Assembly (NCBI RefSeq): GCF_009914755.1
Contig: NC_060935.1
DNA: 64,000 nt
Reading direction: 5' to 3' (one strand)
Source of the DNA: the human T2T-CHM13v2.0 reference genome, Homo sapiens
A program made the position numbers and the translations under genes. The notes under the pieces are model-generated. The model made no database searches. It saw only the letters and a program-made list of their open reading frames with translations, and had not been told where the DNA came from. Shown here one piece after another: positions 15,803 to 30,584 of the stretch (positions are counted from its first letter, which is position 1; the number at the start of each line of letters is the position of its first letter).

Positions 15803-16918
15803 TTCTACCCCTGCTCCCTAAATCTCATGTCCTCATATTGCAAAATACACTCATCCCTTCCCAATAGTTCCTGAAAGTCTCAACTCATTTAAGCATCAAC
15901 TCAAATATTTCAAAGTCTCATTTGGAACTCAAGGCATGTTCGTTCTATCTAATAGCCTACAAGGTCAAAAACAAGTTGTTTACCTTCCAGATACAATGGT
16001 GGTACAGGCACTGGGTACACACTCCCATTCAAGAAGAGAAAAGTAGGCCAAAACAAAGGGGCAAAACGGCCCCTGCAAGTCTGAAACCCAGTGGGGCAAT
16101 CATTAAATCTTAAAGCTCCAAAATAATGTGTTTGATTCAATGTCCCACATCCTAGGCATACTGCTACAAGAGGTGGGCTCCCAAGGCCTTGGGCAGCTTT
16201 GCCTCTGTGGATTTGCAGGATGAAGGCCCTGTGGCTACTTTCACAGGTTGGAGTTTAGTGCCTGCAATTTTTCCATGCTAAGGTTGCAAGCTGCTGGTGG
16301 TCCTACCATTCTCAGATCTGGAGGGCGGCAGCCCCCTTTCCACAGCTCCAGTAGGCAGTGCTCTAGCAGGGGCTCCAATCCTACCTTTCTTCTCTGCACT
16401 GCCCTGGTAGAGTATCTCTGTGGGGGCTCCACCCCTGCAGCAGTCTTTCTCATATATTCTCTGAAATCTAGTTGGAAGCTGCCAAGCCTCCTTCACTCTT
16501 ACATTCGGCACACTTGCAGGCTTAACACCAAGTATAAGCCACCAAGACTTATGGCTTGCACTTTTTGGAGTAGCAGCCCAAGCTATACCTTGGCCACTGT
16601 AAGCAATGGCTGGAACTGAAACAGCAAGGATGTGGAGAACAGTGTCCCGAGGCTGCACAGGGTAGCAAGGCCCTGGGCTTGGACCCCAAAACCATTCTTT
16701 CCTCCCAGGCCTCTGGGCTTGTGATGGGAGGGGCTGCCTCAAAGATCTCTGAAATGCGTTTGAGACCTTTTTCCCTTGGATATTAACACTTGGCTCTCTT
16801 TTAGTCATGGTAAGCTGTCTAGCAAGTGGTTGCTCCATATACTGCTTGGATTCTTTCTCTACCACAGGGCCACACTGCAAATTTTCCAAACTTTTATGCT
16901 CTGCCTCCTTTTTAAATA
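15803..16918 (-). mobile_element. MST internal region, 3' part, starting at the right inversion breakpoint
   Basis: minus strand begins tatttaaaaaggaggcagagcataaaagtttggaaaatttgcag; MaLR-int ORF remnant 16278-16889 (..AFQRSLRQPLPSQAQRPGRKEWF..). Confidence 0.9.
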
Positions 16919-16978
16919 AATAAAAAAAATTAATCTCAAATAGTCACAAGAGTGGCAAATTAAACTCAATGAAGCTCA

Positions 16979-17295
<317 letters not shown>

Positions 17296-18549
17296 AAACT
17301 CAGTGAAGCTCAATAAACTCAAATTAAACTTAAATTAAGATCATTAAAGAAGGGAAAAAATAAGATAAAAACAGATATTGATAAAATAGAAAAACAAATA
17401 TTTCACAGAGAAAACCAACAAAGGCAGAAATCTGTTCTTTGAAAGAATAATTAAATTGATATACCTTTAGCAAGAGTGATTTTTTAAAAAGGAAGACACT
17501 ACTTGCCAATACCATAAATTTAAAAACTGGTAGATTATTTTAGATCCTAGAGGCATTATAAAAATAAATACATACTACAAACAACTTTGTCGCTAAATTT
17601 GAAAATTTTAGATAAAATAAATAAAGTCCTAGAGAACTTTATTTATGTGTACTCACAGTGCACATAGTGGCTTCTGTTATCCATATCAAATCCTGACTTC
17701 TCTATTGATTTTGTATCTAGCCTTTCAAAAGCAACAACAAAAAAGAAAATTAAAATAATCCTGTATCTTTTTGCAAATTGTCAGTAATTAAAAACCTCCT
17801 TGTAAATAGAACTCCAGCACAGATAGTTTCACCTTTATAGAAAAAATTGTCAATCTTTATATAAACTTTTCAGAACATAGAGGCAGAGGAAACATTTTCC
17901 AGTCTCTTTCATGAGATTGGCATAATCTTGATACTAAAATATAAGTAGAAAAATAATAAGAAAAAATTACATGCCAATATCTTTCATAAACATAAATGTA
18001 AAATTCCTAAAGAAAAGATCAGCAAGTTGAATTCAGAAGATAATACATCAAAATCAAATTGTGTTTACAAGGTTATTTAACACTTGAAATCAATCAATAT
18101 TATTCAGCCAACTAACAATAAAAGAGAAAAATAATGTTATCTTAATATATGCATAATTACATTCAGAAAAAGCATTTCATAAAATTCAACATTCATTCTT
18201 AGCAAACTAAGAATAGAAGGTATCTTCCTTAATCTGAAAAAAGGATATCTATAAAACAACATATAGGAAACACCATTCTTAGGAGTAAAATGTTTAAATC
18301 TTCTCCTTTCAAATTTAGAACAAATCCAGCATGCAACTTCTATTCAAAATTGTATTGGAAGTACTAATCAGTGCAATAAGGAAAAAACAAAAACAAAAAA
18401 GAGAAATAAAATGTATAAGGATAGGAAAGGAAGAAATAAAACAGTCATTCTATGCAGACAACATGACTGTGTAGGAAAAACAGAATCTCCCTACAGGTAA
18501 CCTATTAGAATTCGTAAGTTAATTTGGCAACATTGCTGGATCAATAGAG

Positions 18550-19040
18550 AAGTCAGGGTTCAGTAGTGAAAACTGAAGCCACTACGTGCACTCTGAGTAC
18601 AAAGAGGTAATATATATTTAGGAGCTTGCTCACTCTTTGAGGAGCTGGAGGAATAAAAGTTAGAGAAGTTGTTATCATAGGTCAGAAGGGCTGCAACCGA
18701 AGATCAGAACGGTGGCACCAAGATTACAGCCTAAGGCATCAAAGCAGGCAGATGCTTATTGAAAGACCTACTGAAAGGTGCTAAATCTCTGAGACATTAC
18801 TGAAAGGTGTTAAATCTCTGAGAAGTTTACACCAACTGCTTTAGTCTGCATTAATGAAATGAGTTGTCAAAAAATTTCCTGAAGCGACTGTGAACTGTGG
18901 GCCAATATGTTTGGCTGCAAGTGCCTCTAAAAGATAATGTCTTACTCTTTATTTCTACCTTCCAAAGCAAGTGCAACTTCCTTTCATTGGCATCCAGAAC
19001 TATACAGGTGAGGAGAAATGGAAGGTAGTGTGGTGCCAAT
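18550..19040. mobile_element. Old LTR-like (ERVL/MaLR) insertion in L1M
   Basis: L1 homology is interrupted here; gtcagggttcagt...gaagccact start typical of old ERVL-type LTRs; family uncertain. Confidence 0.4.
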
Positions 19041-19782
19041 TTATTAATAGACAAACATATCCAATGTTTCAAAAATTCCATAGTAGTTACCCATATGAAA
19101 AGCAGATGGAAAATTAAATTTTTTAATGATTATAACAAAAAAATCTAAGCAACCAGAAATAAACTTAATAAAGATGTGCAATACTTACACACATAAAACT
19201 ACAAAACCATATTGCAAGAAATTAAAGAAGCCTAAATAAATGGAGGAATAAACCAAGTCCATGGAATAAAAGATACAATATTATAATGTGTCAATTCCCT
19301 CAGATTGCTCTATACAAACAGTGCAACACTAGTCCAAATCTAGGCAACATAAAATTTGAAATTTACTGATTGAAAACTGTATCTGAAATGCAAAGAACCA
19401 AGAAGAATCAAGGATATCTCAAAAAAATAAAAAACAAAATTGACCTACTCACCCAGATTTCAAGACTGCTTTATAAAGCCACAGCATTCAATGTGGTAAT
19501 GACACAAGAATATGGAAATAGATCAATAGAGCAAAACAGAGATTTCAGAAACAGACCTGCAAACATGTGAACAGTTGAGTTATGACAAAGTGTAGTGGAG
19601 AAAGGATTGTCTTTTCAATATATCATGTTATTGTTTGTATCCCAATACTGAAAAGCAAGTAAATTAATTCCTACCACATGTCATGTACAAAAAAATATAT
19701 ACCAAAAAAGGTAGATTTTAAATCTAAATGCAAAACCTTCAAGAAGATAACTCAGGATATCGTTATGACCTTGGAATAGGCA

Positions 19783-20073
19783 TTTTTTTTTTTTTTTTGA
19801 GACGAAGTCTCACTCTGTTGCCCAAGCTGGAGTGAAGTGGTGCTCGCTCACTGCAACCTCCACTTCCTGGGTTCAAGCGACTCTCCTGCCTCAGCCTCCT
19901 GAGTAGCTGGGACTACAGGCACACACCACCATGCCCAGCTAATTTTTGTATTTTTAATAGAGGCGGGGTTTCAATATGTTGCCCAGGATGGTCTCAAACT
20001 CCTGACCTCGTGATCCGCCCACCTTGGCCTCCCAAAGTGCTGGGATTACAGGCATGAGCCACCACACCTAGCC
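19783..20073 (-). mobile_element. AluS (Sg/Sc-like)
   Basis: full Alu antisense with poly-T. Confidence 0.95.
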
Positions 20074-20239
20074 AGCAATTTTTTTAAATAATTAATTGTT
20101 TTGTATTCTTAAATGGTACATGAAATGTGCTAATCATAAAGGAAAAGATTAATAGATGGACTACCTTAAAATTAAGAATTTTTTTTTATCAAAAACCTTA
20201 TTAGGAGCAAGAAAAGGCAAGCCACAGAGTTGGAGAAGG

Positions 20240-20540
20240 TGTGGTTAATTGTTTAATGGTCACAAACTCCTATCCCAGTATGCAGGCCTTTTGTAATTGA
20301 TGTTGCCTTTCCTCTCATACAGAGATGGAGTCTAGTTCTCCATCAGTGAAACTTCAAATCAAATGCAGCCAGATGAGTAAACTCAAGCAAAACAAGCTGA
20401 GCAATCACCATTCAACTCACAAAATTACAAAAAAATTGATAAATTGTTTTATCAGTGCTTTGTCTTTGTTATTAATTGTTACTAAACCATTACCACTTAG
20501 TTTTGGGGTATTTTGTTATGCAGCATCACATAACTGAGCT
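20240..20540 (+). mobile_element. MLT1 (H/G-like) MaLR LTR, internally deleted
   Basis: agagatggagtcta...ttagttttggggtattttgttatgcagca..ataactga. Confidence 0.7.
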
Positions 20541-23500
20541 AGAACCCTTACAGTAAGAAAAACATAGGCAAAACACTTGAATAAGTACTTCCGAAAAGCA
20601 GTATACAAATGGCAAATAAGCATAGAAAAATATTTTGAACTTCATTAGTCATCAAAGGAATGCATTAAAAAACCATAATATAATACAAGTAAACATCCTC
20701 AGAATGGCTAAAATCAAAAAGACTAGCAGCGTATCAAGTGTTGACAAGGATAGAGAACTCTCATACGCTGCAGGTTAGGCTATAAATTGCTACAAACACT
20801 ATCATAACTATTTTGCAAGATCTAATGTAGCTGAACATTCAAAACACCTATGTCCCAGCAATTTCACTCTTACACATATTCTCAACAGAAATGTGAACAT
20901 ATATTAACTAAAAGTCACATACAAGAATGTTCATAAAAAATAGGTCGAAGATCTGTATAAAAGAGCTAAAAGTATAAATTTTTAGAAGAAAATACAAGCA
21001 TAAATCTCTGTAACCTTGGAGTAAGCAATAGTTTCTTACATATGACACCTAAAGCACAAGCAACGAAAGAAAAAAAGATAAATTGTACTTTATCAACATT
21101 TAAAATTTTAGTGCTTCTTTCCCCACCACACCTCCAAAAAAATGGTAAATTAGAGGCTTTCAGCATGCCTCAGCCATTTGGAAATAGCAAGATAGTGCAT
21201 AAAGATCGACTCTGTGAGCTTTAATTCAAGAAGGAAAACGAGAATCCACCAGAATCGTGAAGGACACTCTAGATTCCGGGAAGAAGAATGCAGGCAAATG
21301 GCACCCATCATGGATGGTATCTGGATGACAAAAGTGAGTGAATTCCTAGTACATGAGAAAGGCAGAGAACCTCTCTCTTTGACTCACCTTTCCACTGGGG
21401 CTCTGAGCAACCCAAGCCCAGAGAGAACACTTTGTTTCTCTCAAGCTCTGGAGCTAACTTGAGGAGTGACCTGGAGGCACTGAGAGGGAAAGATACAGGG
21501 AAAAGCTGCAGGCATTTTCCCAGACCCAGAACCAAGAGCAGCACACCATTTTTAATCCAGGCATATAGAAAGTCAGACATTCTTTGGTGACCCAGCAGCA
21601 TGGCCATGCAGGCACTTTAGTTCAGGCTAGAGATTGGAGTGCCTGCTCTGGAGCAGGATAAGGGCCTCCACAGTCAGAACAGTGGAAAGTGCCTCAGTAG
21701 TAGGCACTGGAATTGTGCTCTCCCCTGATGCCGGCCTGTGGTGGGAGGAAAGCTGCTACTGCTGCAGTTTCTCCTGATGACAATACTTGCAGCCAGGACC
21801 AGCTTGACAACCTGGAACTGCTCTGCATGTGTCATTGCTGGGTGCCCCAATATGCTCCCCTGAGATCATGCTATAGCAGGGCCCTCTCTGCTCCATGCCT
21901 AGAAACTAGAATTCTGGCGCCATGAAAAATCTGAATGTAGTGACACCACCAAAGGGTCACACTAGCTCTCCAGCAAGAGTTCCTAACCAAAAGGGAAACT
22001 AAGAAATGACAAAGAATTCAAAACATGGATTGCAAGGAAGCTTAATGAGTTCCAAGACAAGGTTGAAAATCAGCAAAAAGAAACTTCTAAATCAATCCAT
22101 GAAATGAAAGCGGAGATAGAAGTCTTAAAAAGAAATCAATCAGAGCTACTGGAATTGAAAAACTCACTTAAGGAATTTCAAAATACAATTGAAAGCTTTA
22201 TCAATAGACTGGACCAAGCAGAAGAAAGAATTTCAGAGCTTGAAATTCTTCTAATTCTAATCCCATATTTCTTGAAGACTTTTGCTCATTTTCTAAATTC
22301 TTTTTTCTTTATTTTTGTTTAACTGGGATAGTTTTCAGCATTCTTAAAGAAAAGAAATTTCAACCAAGAATTTTATATCCTGCCAAACTAAGCTTCATAA
22401 GCAAAGGAAAAATAAAATATTTTCCAGACAAGCATGCACTAAGGAAATTTGTTACCACTAGACCAACCTTACAAAAAGTCCTTAAGGGAGTTCTAATCAT
22501 GGAAGTGAAAGAAGGATACCTGCTATCAAAAAAACACAGTTAAGTACATAGCCCACAGACCCTATAAAGTAACCACATAATATAAACTACAAAGTAACCA
22601 CTTAACAACTTGATGATAGGATCAAAACCTTGCATATCAATATTAATCTTGAATGTAGATGCTCTGAACACCCCCACTTAAAAGGCACAGAGTGGCAAGT
22701 TGAATTTAGAAAAGAAGATCCATCTGTCTGCTGTACTGAGGAGACTCATTTCACATGTAAAGACACACATAGGCTCAAAGTAAAGGGTAGGAGAAAGATT
22801 TGTCACACAAATGAAAAACCAAAAAGATCAGGGGTTTCTGTTCTTATATCAGATAAAACAGACTTTAAACTAACAACAGTAAGAAAGGACTAAGAAGGGC
22901 ATTACATCATGATAAAGGGTTTAATTCGACAAGACTTTACTAAATATATATGCACCCAACATTGGAGCACCCAGATTCATAAAACAAGTACTTGTGGGCC
23001 TATGAAAAGACTTAGTTGCATAATAATAGTGGTAGACATCAACACCCCACTGACAGTGTTAGATCATCGAGGCAGAAAACTAACAAATAAAATCTGGACT
23101 TAAATTCGACACTCAACCAATCGGACCTGATAGACATCTATAGCATATTCCACCCACCAACCACAGAATATACATTTTTTGCATCTGCACATGGAACATA
23201 CTCCAAGATTGACCACACACTTGGCCATAAAGCAAATCTCAATAAATTAAAACAAATCAAAATTATACCAATCATACTCTCAGACCACAATGGAATAAAA
23301 ATAGAAGTCAACAGCAAGAAGATCTCTTCAAGACCACAAAATTACCTGGAAATTAAACAACTTGTTGCTGAATGTCTTTTGGGTAAACAATAAAATTAAG
23401 GCAGAAATGAAAACATTCTTTGAAATAAATGAAAACAAAGACACAACATACCAAAATCTCTGGTATGTGGCAAAAGCAGTGTTAAGTGGAAAGTTTATAG

Positions 23501-24637
23501 TGCTAAACACCTACCTTAAAAGAGAAAGGTCTCAAATTAACAATCTAACATCACATTTAGAAGTATTAGAAAAAACAAGAACAAACTAACCCCAAAGCTA
23601 TCAGAGAAAAAGAAATATCTAAAATCAGAGCAGGACTGAATGAAATTGAGACCTCCAGGACCACACAAAGAATCAACAAAACCAAAAGTTGATTCTTTGA
23701 AAGGATAAACAGCATTAATAGATTGTTAGCTAGAATAATAAAAAACAAAAGAGAAGATCCAAATAAGCACAATCAGAAATGATAAAGGTGACACTACAAC
23801 CAATCTCACAGAAATGCAAAAGATCCTCAGAGACTATTATGAACACCTCTAAGCATACTAAAATATCTAGAGGAAATGGATACATTCCTGGCAAAACACA
23901 ATCTCCCAAGACTGAATCAGCTATAAATCGAAACCCTGAACAGACCAATATCGAGTTCTGAAATTGAATCTGTAATTAAAAAAAAAAAATCTACCAAGTA
24001 GAAACAGCCCCAGGCTAGATGGATGTACAGCTGAATTCTACCAGACACACAAAGAAGAGCTGGTACCAATGCTAAAACTATTCCAAAAAATCCAGGATGA
24101 GGGACTCTTTTCTAACTGATTCTATGAAGCCAGCATCACCCTGATACCAAAAACTGGCCAAAAAAAAAATACAGTGAAAAAAAGGAAAAACTATAGGTCA
24201 ATATCTCCAATGAATATGGATGCAAAAATCTTCAGGAAAATCCTCAACCAAACTCAGCAGCACATCAAAAAGTTAATTCACCCTGCTTAAGTAGGCTTTA
24301 TTCCTGGGATGCAAGGTTGGTTCAACATATGCAAATCAATAAATGCGATTCACCACATAAACAGAATTAAAAACATAAAACATATGATCATCTTAATAGA
24401 TGTGGGAAAAGCTTTTGATATAATCCAACATCCCTTCACAATAAAAACACTCAACAAACTAGGCATCAAAGGAACATACCTCAAAATAATAAGAGCCATT
24501 TATGATAAACCCACAGCCAGAATCATACTGATGGGCAAATGAAAGCATATTTGGAAACTGGAAAAAGACAGGAAGCCCATTCTCACCACTCCTATTCAAC
24601 ATAGTACTGAAGGTCCTAGCCAGAGCAATTAGGCAGA

Positions 24638-25148
24638 TGCATTAGTCCATTCTGACATTGCTATAAAGAAATACCTGAGACTAGGTAATAAATAAAGAAC
24701 AGAGGTTTAATTGGCTCATGGTTCCACAGGCTATATAGGAAGCATGGTATCATTTGCTTCCGGGGAGGCCTCAGAGAGCTTCTACTCAAAGTAGAAGGCA
24801 AAATGGGAGTAAGTATCTTACATGGCAGGAGCAGGAGACCTCCAGACCCACACAAAGAATCAACAAAACCAAAAGTTGATTCGTTGAAAGGATAAACAAC
24901 ATTAATAGATTGTTAGCTAGAATAATAATCCTCAATGTTGGAGGTGGGCTTGGTGGGAGGGGATTGGATCATGGGGGTGGATCCTTCATGAATGGTTTAG
25001 CACTATCCCTTTGGTGCTGTTCTTGTGATAGAGTTCTCACAAGATCTGGTTGTTTAAAAGTGTCTCCCCTCCCACCAAGCCCACCTCCAACACTGAGGAT
25101 TACAATTGCACATGAGATTTGGTGGGGACACAGATCCAAACCAAATCA
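24638..25148 (-). mobile_element. MSTA solo LTR inside L1PA16, internally rearranged
   Basis: tgcattagtccatt...ggggacacagatccaaaccaaatca; TSD gcaga/gcagg. Confidence 0.9.
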
Positions 25149-25509
<361 letters not shown>

Positions 25510-28051
25510 TCAAACTATCTCTCTTCACTGACGATATGATTCCATACCTAGAAAGCCCTAAATCTCCACCAAAAGCCTCCTGGAATGGATAAATGACTTC
25601 AGTAAAGTTCCAGGATACAAAATTAATGTACAAAAATAGGTAACATTTCTATACACCAATAATGCTCATGCTGAGAGCCAAATAAATGATAAAATTCCAC
25701 TTACAGTGGCCACAAAAAAGCAATAAAATACTTAAGATTACATCTAACAAGGGAGGTGAATGATCTCTACAAGGAGAACTACAAAACACTACGGAAATAA
25801 ATCATAAATGACACAAACAGAAAAACATTCTATGCTCATGGATTAGAAGACTCAGTATGATTAAAATGACCATACTGCCCAAAGCAATCTACAGATTCAG
25901 TGCTATTCTTGTAAACTACTAACATCATTTTTCACAAGACTATAATAGAAAAAACTATTCTAAAATTCATATGGAACCAAAAAAGGGCCCAAATAACAAA
26001 AGCACCTAAGCAAAAAGAACAAAGCCAAAGGCATGACATTACCTGACTATACTATAAGGCTATAGTATACTATAGCCTTCAAACTATACTATAAGGCTAC
26101 AGTAAACAAAACAGCATGGTACTGGTACAAAAACAGATGCGTAGGCCAATGGAACAGAATAGAGAAGCAGAAATAAAGCTGCACACCTACAGCCATCTGA
26201 CATTTGACGAAGTCAACAAAAATAAGCTATAGGGAAAGGATTCCCTATTCAACAAAAGGTGCTGGGATAACCTGCTAGCCATATGCAGAAGAATGAAACT
26301 GGATTCTTACCTTTCACCATATAAAAAATTAACTCAGGATGAATTAGATTTAAATGTAAGACCTCAAAATACAGGAATTCTAGAAGAAAACCCAGGAAAC
26401 ACCTTTCTGGACATTGGCCTTGAAAAAGAATTTATGACTAAGCCCTCAATAGCAATTGTAACAAAAACAAAAATTGACAAGTGAGACCTAATTAAACTAA
26501 AGAGCTTTTGCACAGCAAAAGAACTATCAATAGAATAAAGAGACAACATACAGAAGAAAATATTCACATAATGTGCATCTGACGAAGGTCTAATACCCAG
26601 AATCTATAAGCAACTTAACCGAAAAAGCAAACATTTTTAAAATGGGCAAAAGATATAAACAGACACTTTTCAAAAGAAGATATGCAAATGGCCAACAAAC
26701 ACATGGAAAAATGTTTAACATTACTAATCATCAAAAAAATGCAAATCAAAACTACAATGAGAAACTATCTCAAACCCGTCAGAATGACTATTATTAAAAA
26801 GTCAAAAACAACAGATGATGGCAAGGCTACAGAGAAAAGAGAACACTTATACACTGTTGGCGGGAATGTAAATTAGTTCAGCCACTGTGGAAAGAAGTCT
26901 GGAGATTTCTCAAAGAACTTCAAATAGAACTAACATTTCACCCAGCAATCCCACTACTGGGTATATACCCAAAGGAAAATAAATCGTTCTACCAAAAAGA
27001 CACCTGCACTTGTATGTTCATCATAGCACTATTAACAATAGCAAAGACATGGAATCAACCTACATTCCCATCAATGGTGGACTGGATAAAAAAAATGTGG
27101 TACATATATACCATGGAATACTATGCAGCCATTAAAAAATAATAAAATCATATCTTTTGCAGCAATATGGATGCAGCTGGAGGTCATTATTCTAAGCAAA
27201 TTAATGCAGAAACAGAAAACCAAATACTGCATGTTCTCATTGATAAGTGGGAACTAAATATTGGATACTCATGCCCTTAAAGATGGCAACAATAGACACT
27301 GGGGATGACTGGGGGAGGCGGGAGGGAAGGGGCAAAGGTTGAAAAACTATTGAGTACTATGCTCAGTACCTGGGTGATGGATCAATTGTACCCCCAAACC
27401 TCAGCATTATACAATATACCCAGGTATCAAACCTGCACATGTGCCCCCAAATCTAAAATAAAAGTTGAAATTATTTTTAAAACGATTAGAAGAAAAATTA
27501 TGTAAAATTTATAAGTAAATAAATAAATTGGTGCTTCAAATGATAATATCAAGAAAATGAAATTATAACTCACAAAATGGGAGAAAATATTTGCAAATCA
27601 TATATCTGATAAGTGATTAATATCTAAAATAAGTTTTAAAAAACCACATCACTCAATTTTAAAAATGGGCAAAGGATTTTAACAGACATTTCTCCAAAGA
27701 AGATATGCAAATGACCAATAAGCACATGAAAACATGCTCAACATCATTAACCATCAAAGAAATGCAAATAAAAACCAGTATGAGACATTACTTTACACCT
27801 ATGATGATGGCTAAAAGCAATCCATACAATTATTATTCGTCAATTAAATTTTTTTTAAAAAAAGACCACAATAATGAGTGTTAACAAGGGTGTGAAGGAA
27901 TTGGAACCTTCATACGCCACTGATGATATCATAAAATGATGAAGCCACTTTGGAAAACAGTCTGGCAATTACTGAAAATGTTGAATACAGAGTTACCGTA
28001 TGACCCAGCAATTTTACTGCTAGGGGTATATCTCCAAGAAAAATGAAAACA

Positions 28052-28362
28052 GGCCAAGTGTAGTGGCTCATGCTTGTGCTCCCAGCACTTTGTGAGTGCA
28101 AGGCAGGAGGATCACTTGAGGCCAGGAGTTTGAGACCAGCCTAGGCAACATAGTGAGACCCTGTCTCTACAAAAAAAAAAAAAAAAAAAAAAAAAAAATT
28201 AGCCAAGTGTGGTGGTGTACATCTGCAGTCCCAGCTGCTTAGGAGGCTGAGGCAAGAGGATTGCTTGAGCCCAGGTATTAGAGCCTTCAGTGAGCTGTGA
28301 TCACACCACTCTACTCCAGCCTGGGCAATAGAGTGAGACCCTGTGTCTAACAAAAAACAAGA
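28052..28362 (+). mobile_element. AluJ with expanded central poly-A
   Basis: TSD aaatgaaaaca on both sides. Confidence 0.93.
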
Positions 28363-29034
28363 GTGAGAAATGAAAACATATTCACAGAAACATTTGCACA
28401 TAAATCTTTATAGCAGCATTATTCATAACAGCCAAAGCTTGGAAACTACTCAGATGTCCATCAAATGATGAATGGATAAATAAAATGTAGTATATCTGGC
28501 CGTATAATGGACTACATTTCAGTGATAAAAAGGATTGAAGTACTTACTGACACATGCTACAACATGAATGAACCTTGAAAATGTTATGCTAAGTGAAAGA
28601 AGCCAGTCAGAAAAGACCTAATAATGGATAATTCTATTTACATGGAATGTCCAGAATAGGCAAATTTATAAAAACAGAAAGTAGTTTAGTAGTTGCCTAG
28701 GGCTGGGAGGGCCTGGTGGGTGGAAATGAAGAGTGACTGCTAATGAATACAGGGTATCTATACTATTTGGGGTGATTAAAAAAAGTTCCAAAATTGATTG
28801 TGGTGATGGTTGCACAACTCTGTGAATATTCTAAAAGTCATTGAATTTTAGACTTTAAACAAATGAATTATGTAATGGTGAATTAAATCTCAATGAAGTT
28901 GTTACAAAAAAAAGAATGTCTGGAAGTAGATAGTAGATAGTGAGTGTAACTAATGGCATTGGATTATATCCTCAAAATGATTAAAATAGAAAATGTTATG
29001 TTATATATATTTTATCACAGTAAAATTAATTTTA

Positions 29035-29490
29035 AAGAACGTTTATAACAGCAGTGTGAAAAATAGCCAAACACTGGAAACAACACAAACGTCCATCAAC
29101 GATGGACAAATAAACTGAGGAATACCCATACTACACATTCTTGCTGTGTTCATGCTATACAGCAATGAAAGTGACCAAATTCCTGCTACCTGTATCAACA
29201 TGGTTGAATCTCACAACAATAACGTGAAAAAAGAGAAATCCAACAAAAAGAACAATACATTACATGTGATTCGAAAACAGGCAGAACTATCAATGGTGTT
29301 AGAAATCAGAGTCATGGTTGCCTTGAAGGAGTAGGGCAGCACCTGGGAGGGGACACCTGGGTACTAGTGATATTTACCTTCTTACCCAAAGGATGATTAC
29401 ACAGGCACGCTTAGTGAGTGAAAATCCATCAGACTATGCATGTACGATTTGTACAATTTCCAGATTTGTTTTCAAAATTTATTTTTTTTA
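29035..29490 (+). mobile_element. L1M (L1ME-like) 3' end resuming after nested inserts
   Basis: atagccaaacactggaaacaacacaaacgtccatcaac...tggtgttagaaatcagagtcatggttgcc. Confidence 0.75.
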
Positions 29491-29732
29491 AGTCTCAAAA
29501 ATCAAAGTCCCCCCAGTAACTTTAATGCATAGCCAGGTTCAAAACATTACCTTCTTTACTGTGTCACCAGTACCTTCTCAAGGACCCAGTAGAAGACAAC
29601 TCCAATTCCAAAATTATTATTTTCTTTTCACTCTCTCATACACAGCAATTCATTGTCTCCCTCTCTGCTCAGGAAAACCTTCACTTTTTATAGGCAAACA
29701 AATCCATTAAGGTGTGTCTTCAACAAAAGGAC

Positions 29733-30030
29733 TTTTTTTGGGGTGGGGGGGACAGAGTCTGGCTCTGTCACCCAGGCTGGAGTGTCAGGGCATAATCTCG
29801 GCTCACTGAAATCTCCTCCTCCCGGGCTCAAGTGATCCTCCCACCTCAGCCTCCTGAGTATCTGGCACTACAAGTGCACGCCACCACGCCCAGCTAATTT
29901 TTGTATTTTTTGTAGAGACAAGGTTTCACCATTTTGCCCAGGCTGGTCTTGAACTCCTGAGCTCAAGCAGTCGGCTCACTTCAGCCTCCCAAAGTGCTGG
30001 GATTACAGGCATGAGACACCGCACCTAGCC
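29733..30030 (-). mobile_element. AluJb-like
   Basis: gggctcaagtgatcctcccacc, tgtagagacaagg. Confidence 0.93.
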
Positions 30031-30584
30031 AATTTTTCCCCCTTAGTGAATTTCTGTCACCATACTAGGCTAACAACCTGAAACTGCAGCAATATTTTCT
30101 TTCCTCCCATTACTTTTATAAAGTTCTCAGCACAACAGTTAGTGCAGAATAAACATCGGGAAAAAAAAAAGAAAGAAGATATGAGGTCAGGAATCTGGAA
30201 AATTAAGAGTAAAAATCTGAAGCTGGAAGTACCTGATCAAACTTAAGAACTGAAGGAACCAAGCTGTAGAGAGGGAGGGGGAAGCAGTGAAGGTTAGCAA
30301 GCAGTATTACCAGCGTCTGGCCTGCCCTGAAATCCACACAAAAGTAAAATGTGACCCTTTGTGTTTCACTTCCTGTGCAGATGGTGGGGGAAGTGGGGAG
30401 AAGTCCCAAGAACTGTGCGACACTGCAGCTATTGCTTGAAACTGCCAAAATTTGGAAAGGCACATTCTATTTGCATTACTTTGCATGCAAAGTGTGTATG
30501 AGCAGCAAAGCTCCATTTCTGTTTACTGCCCAGCTTCTCCTGTTTTCAGGCTTGACTGGCTAAATTTTGAAAAAGACTCCAGCA

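Noticed and set aside
16278-16889. Longest ORF (203 aa) as a gene
   Set aside because: It is a remnant of the MaLR internal ORF within the inverted MST provirus and has no true ATG start.
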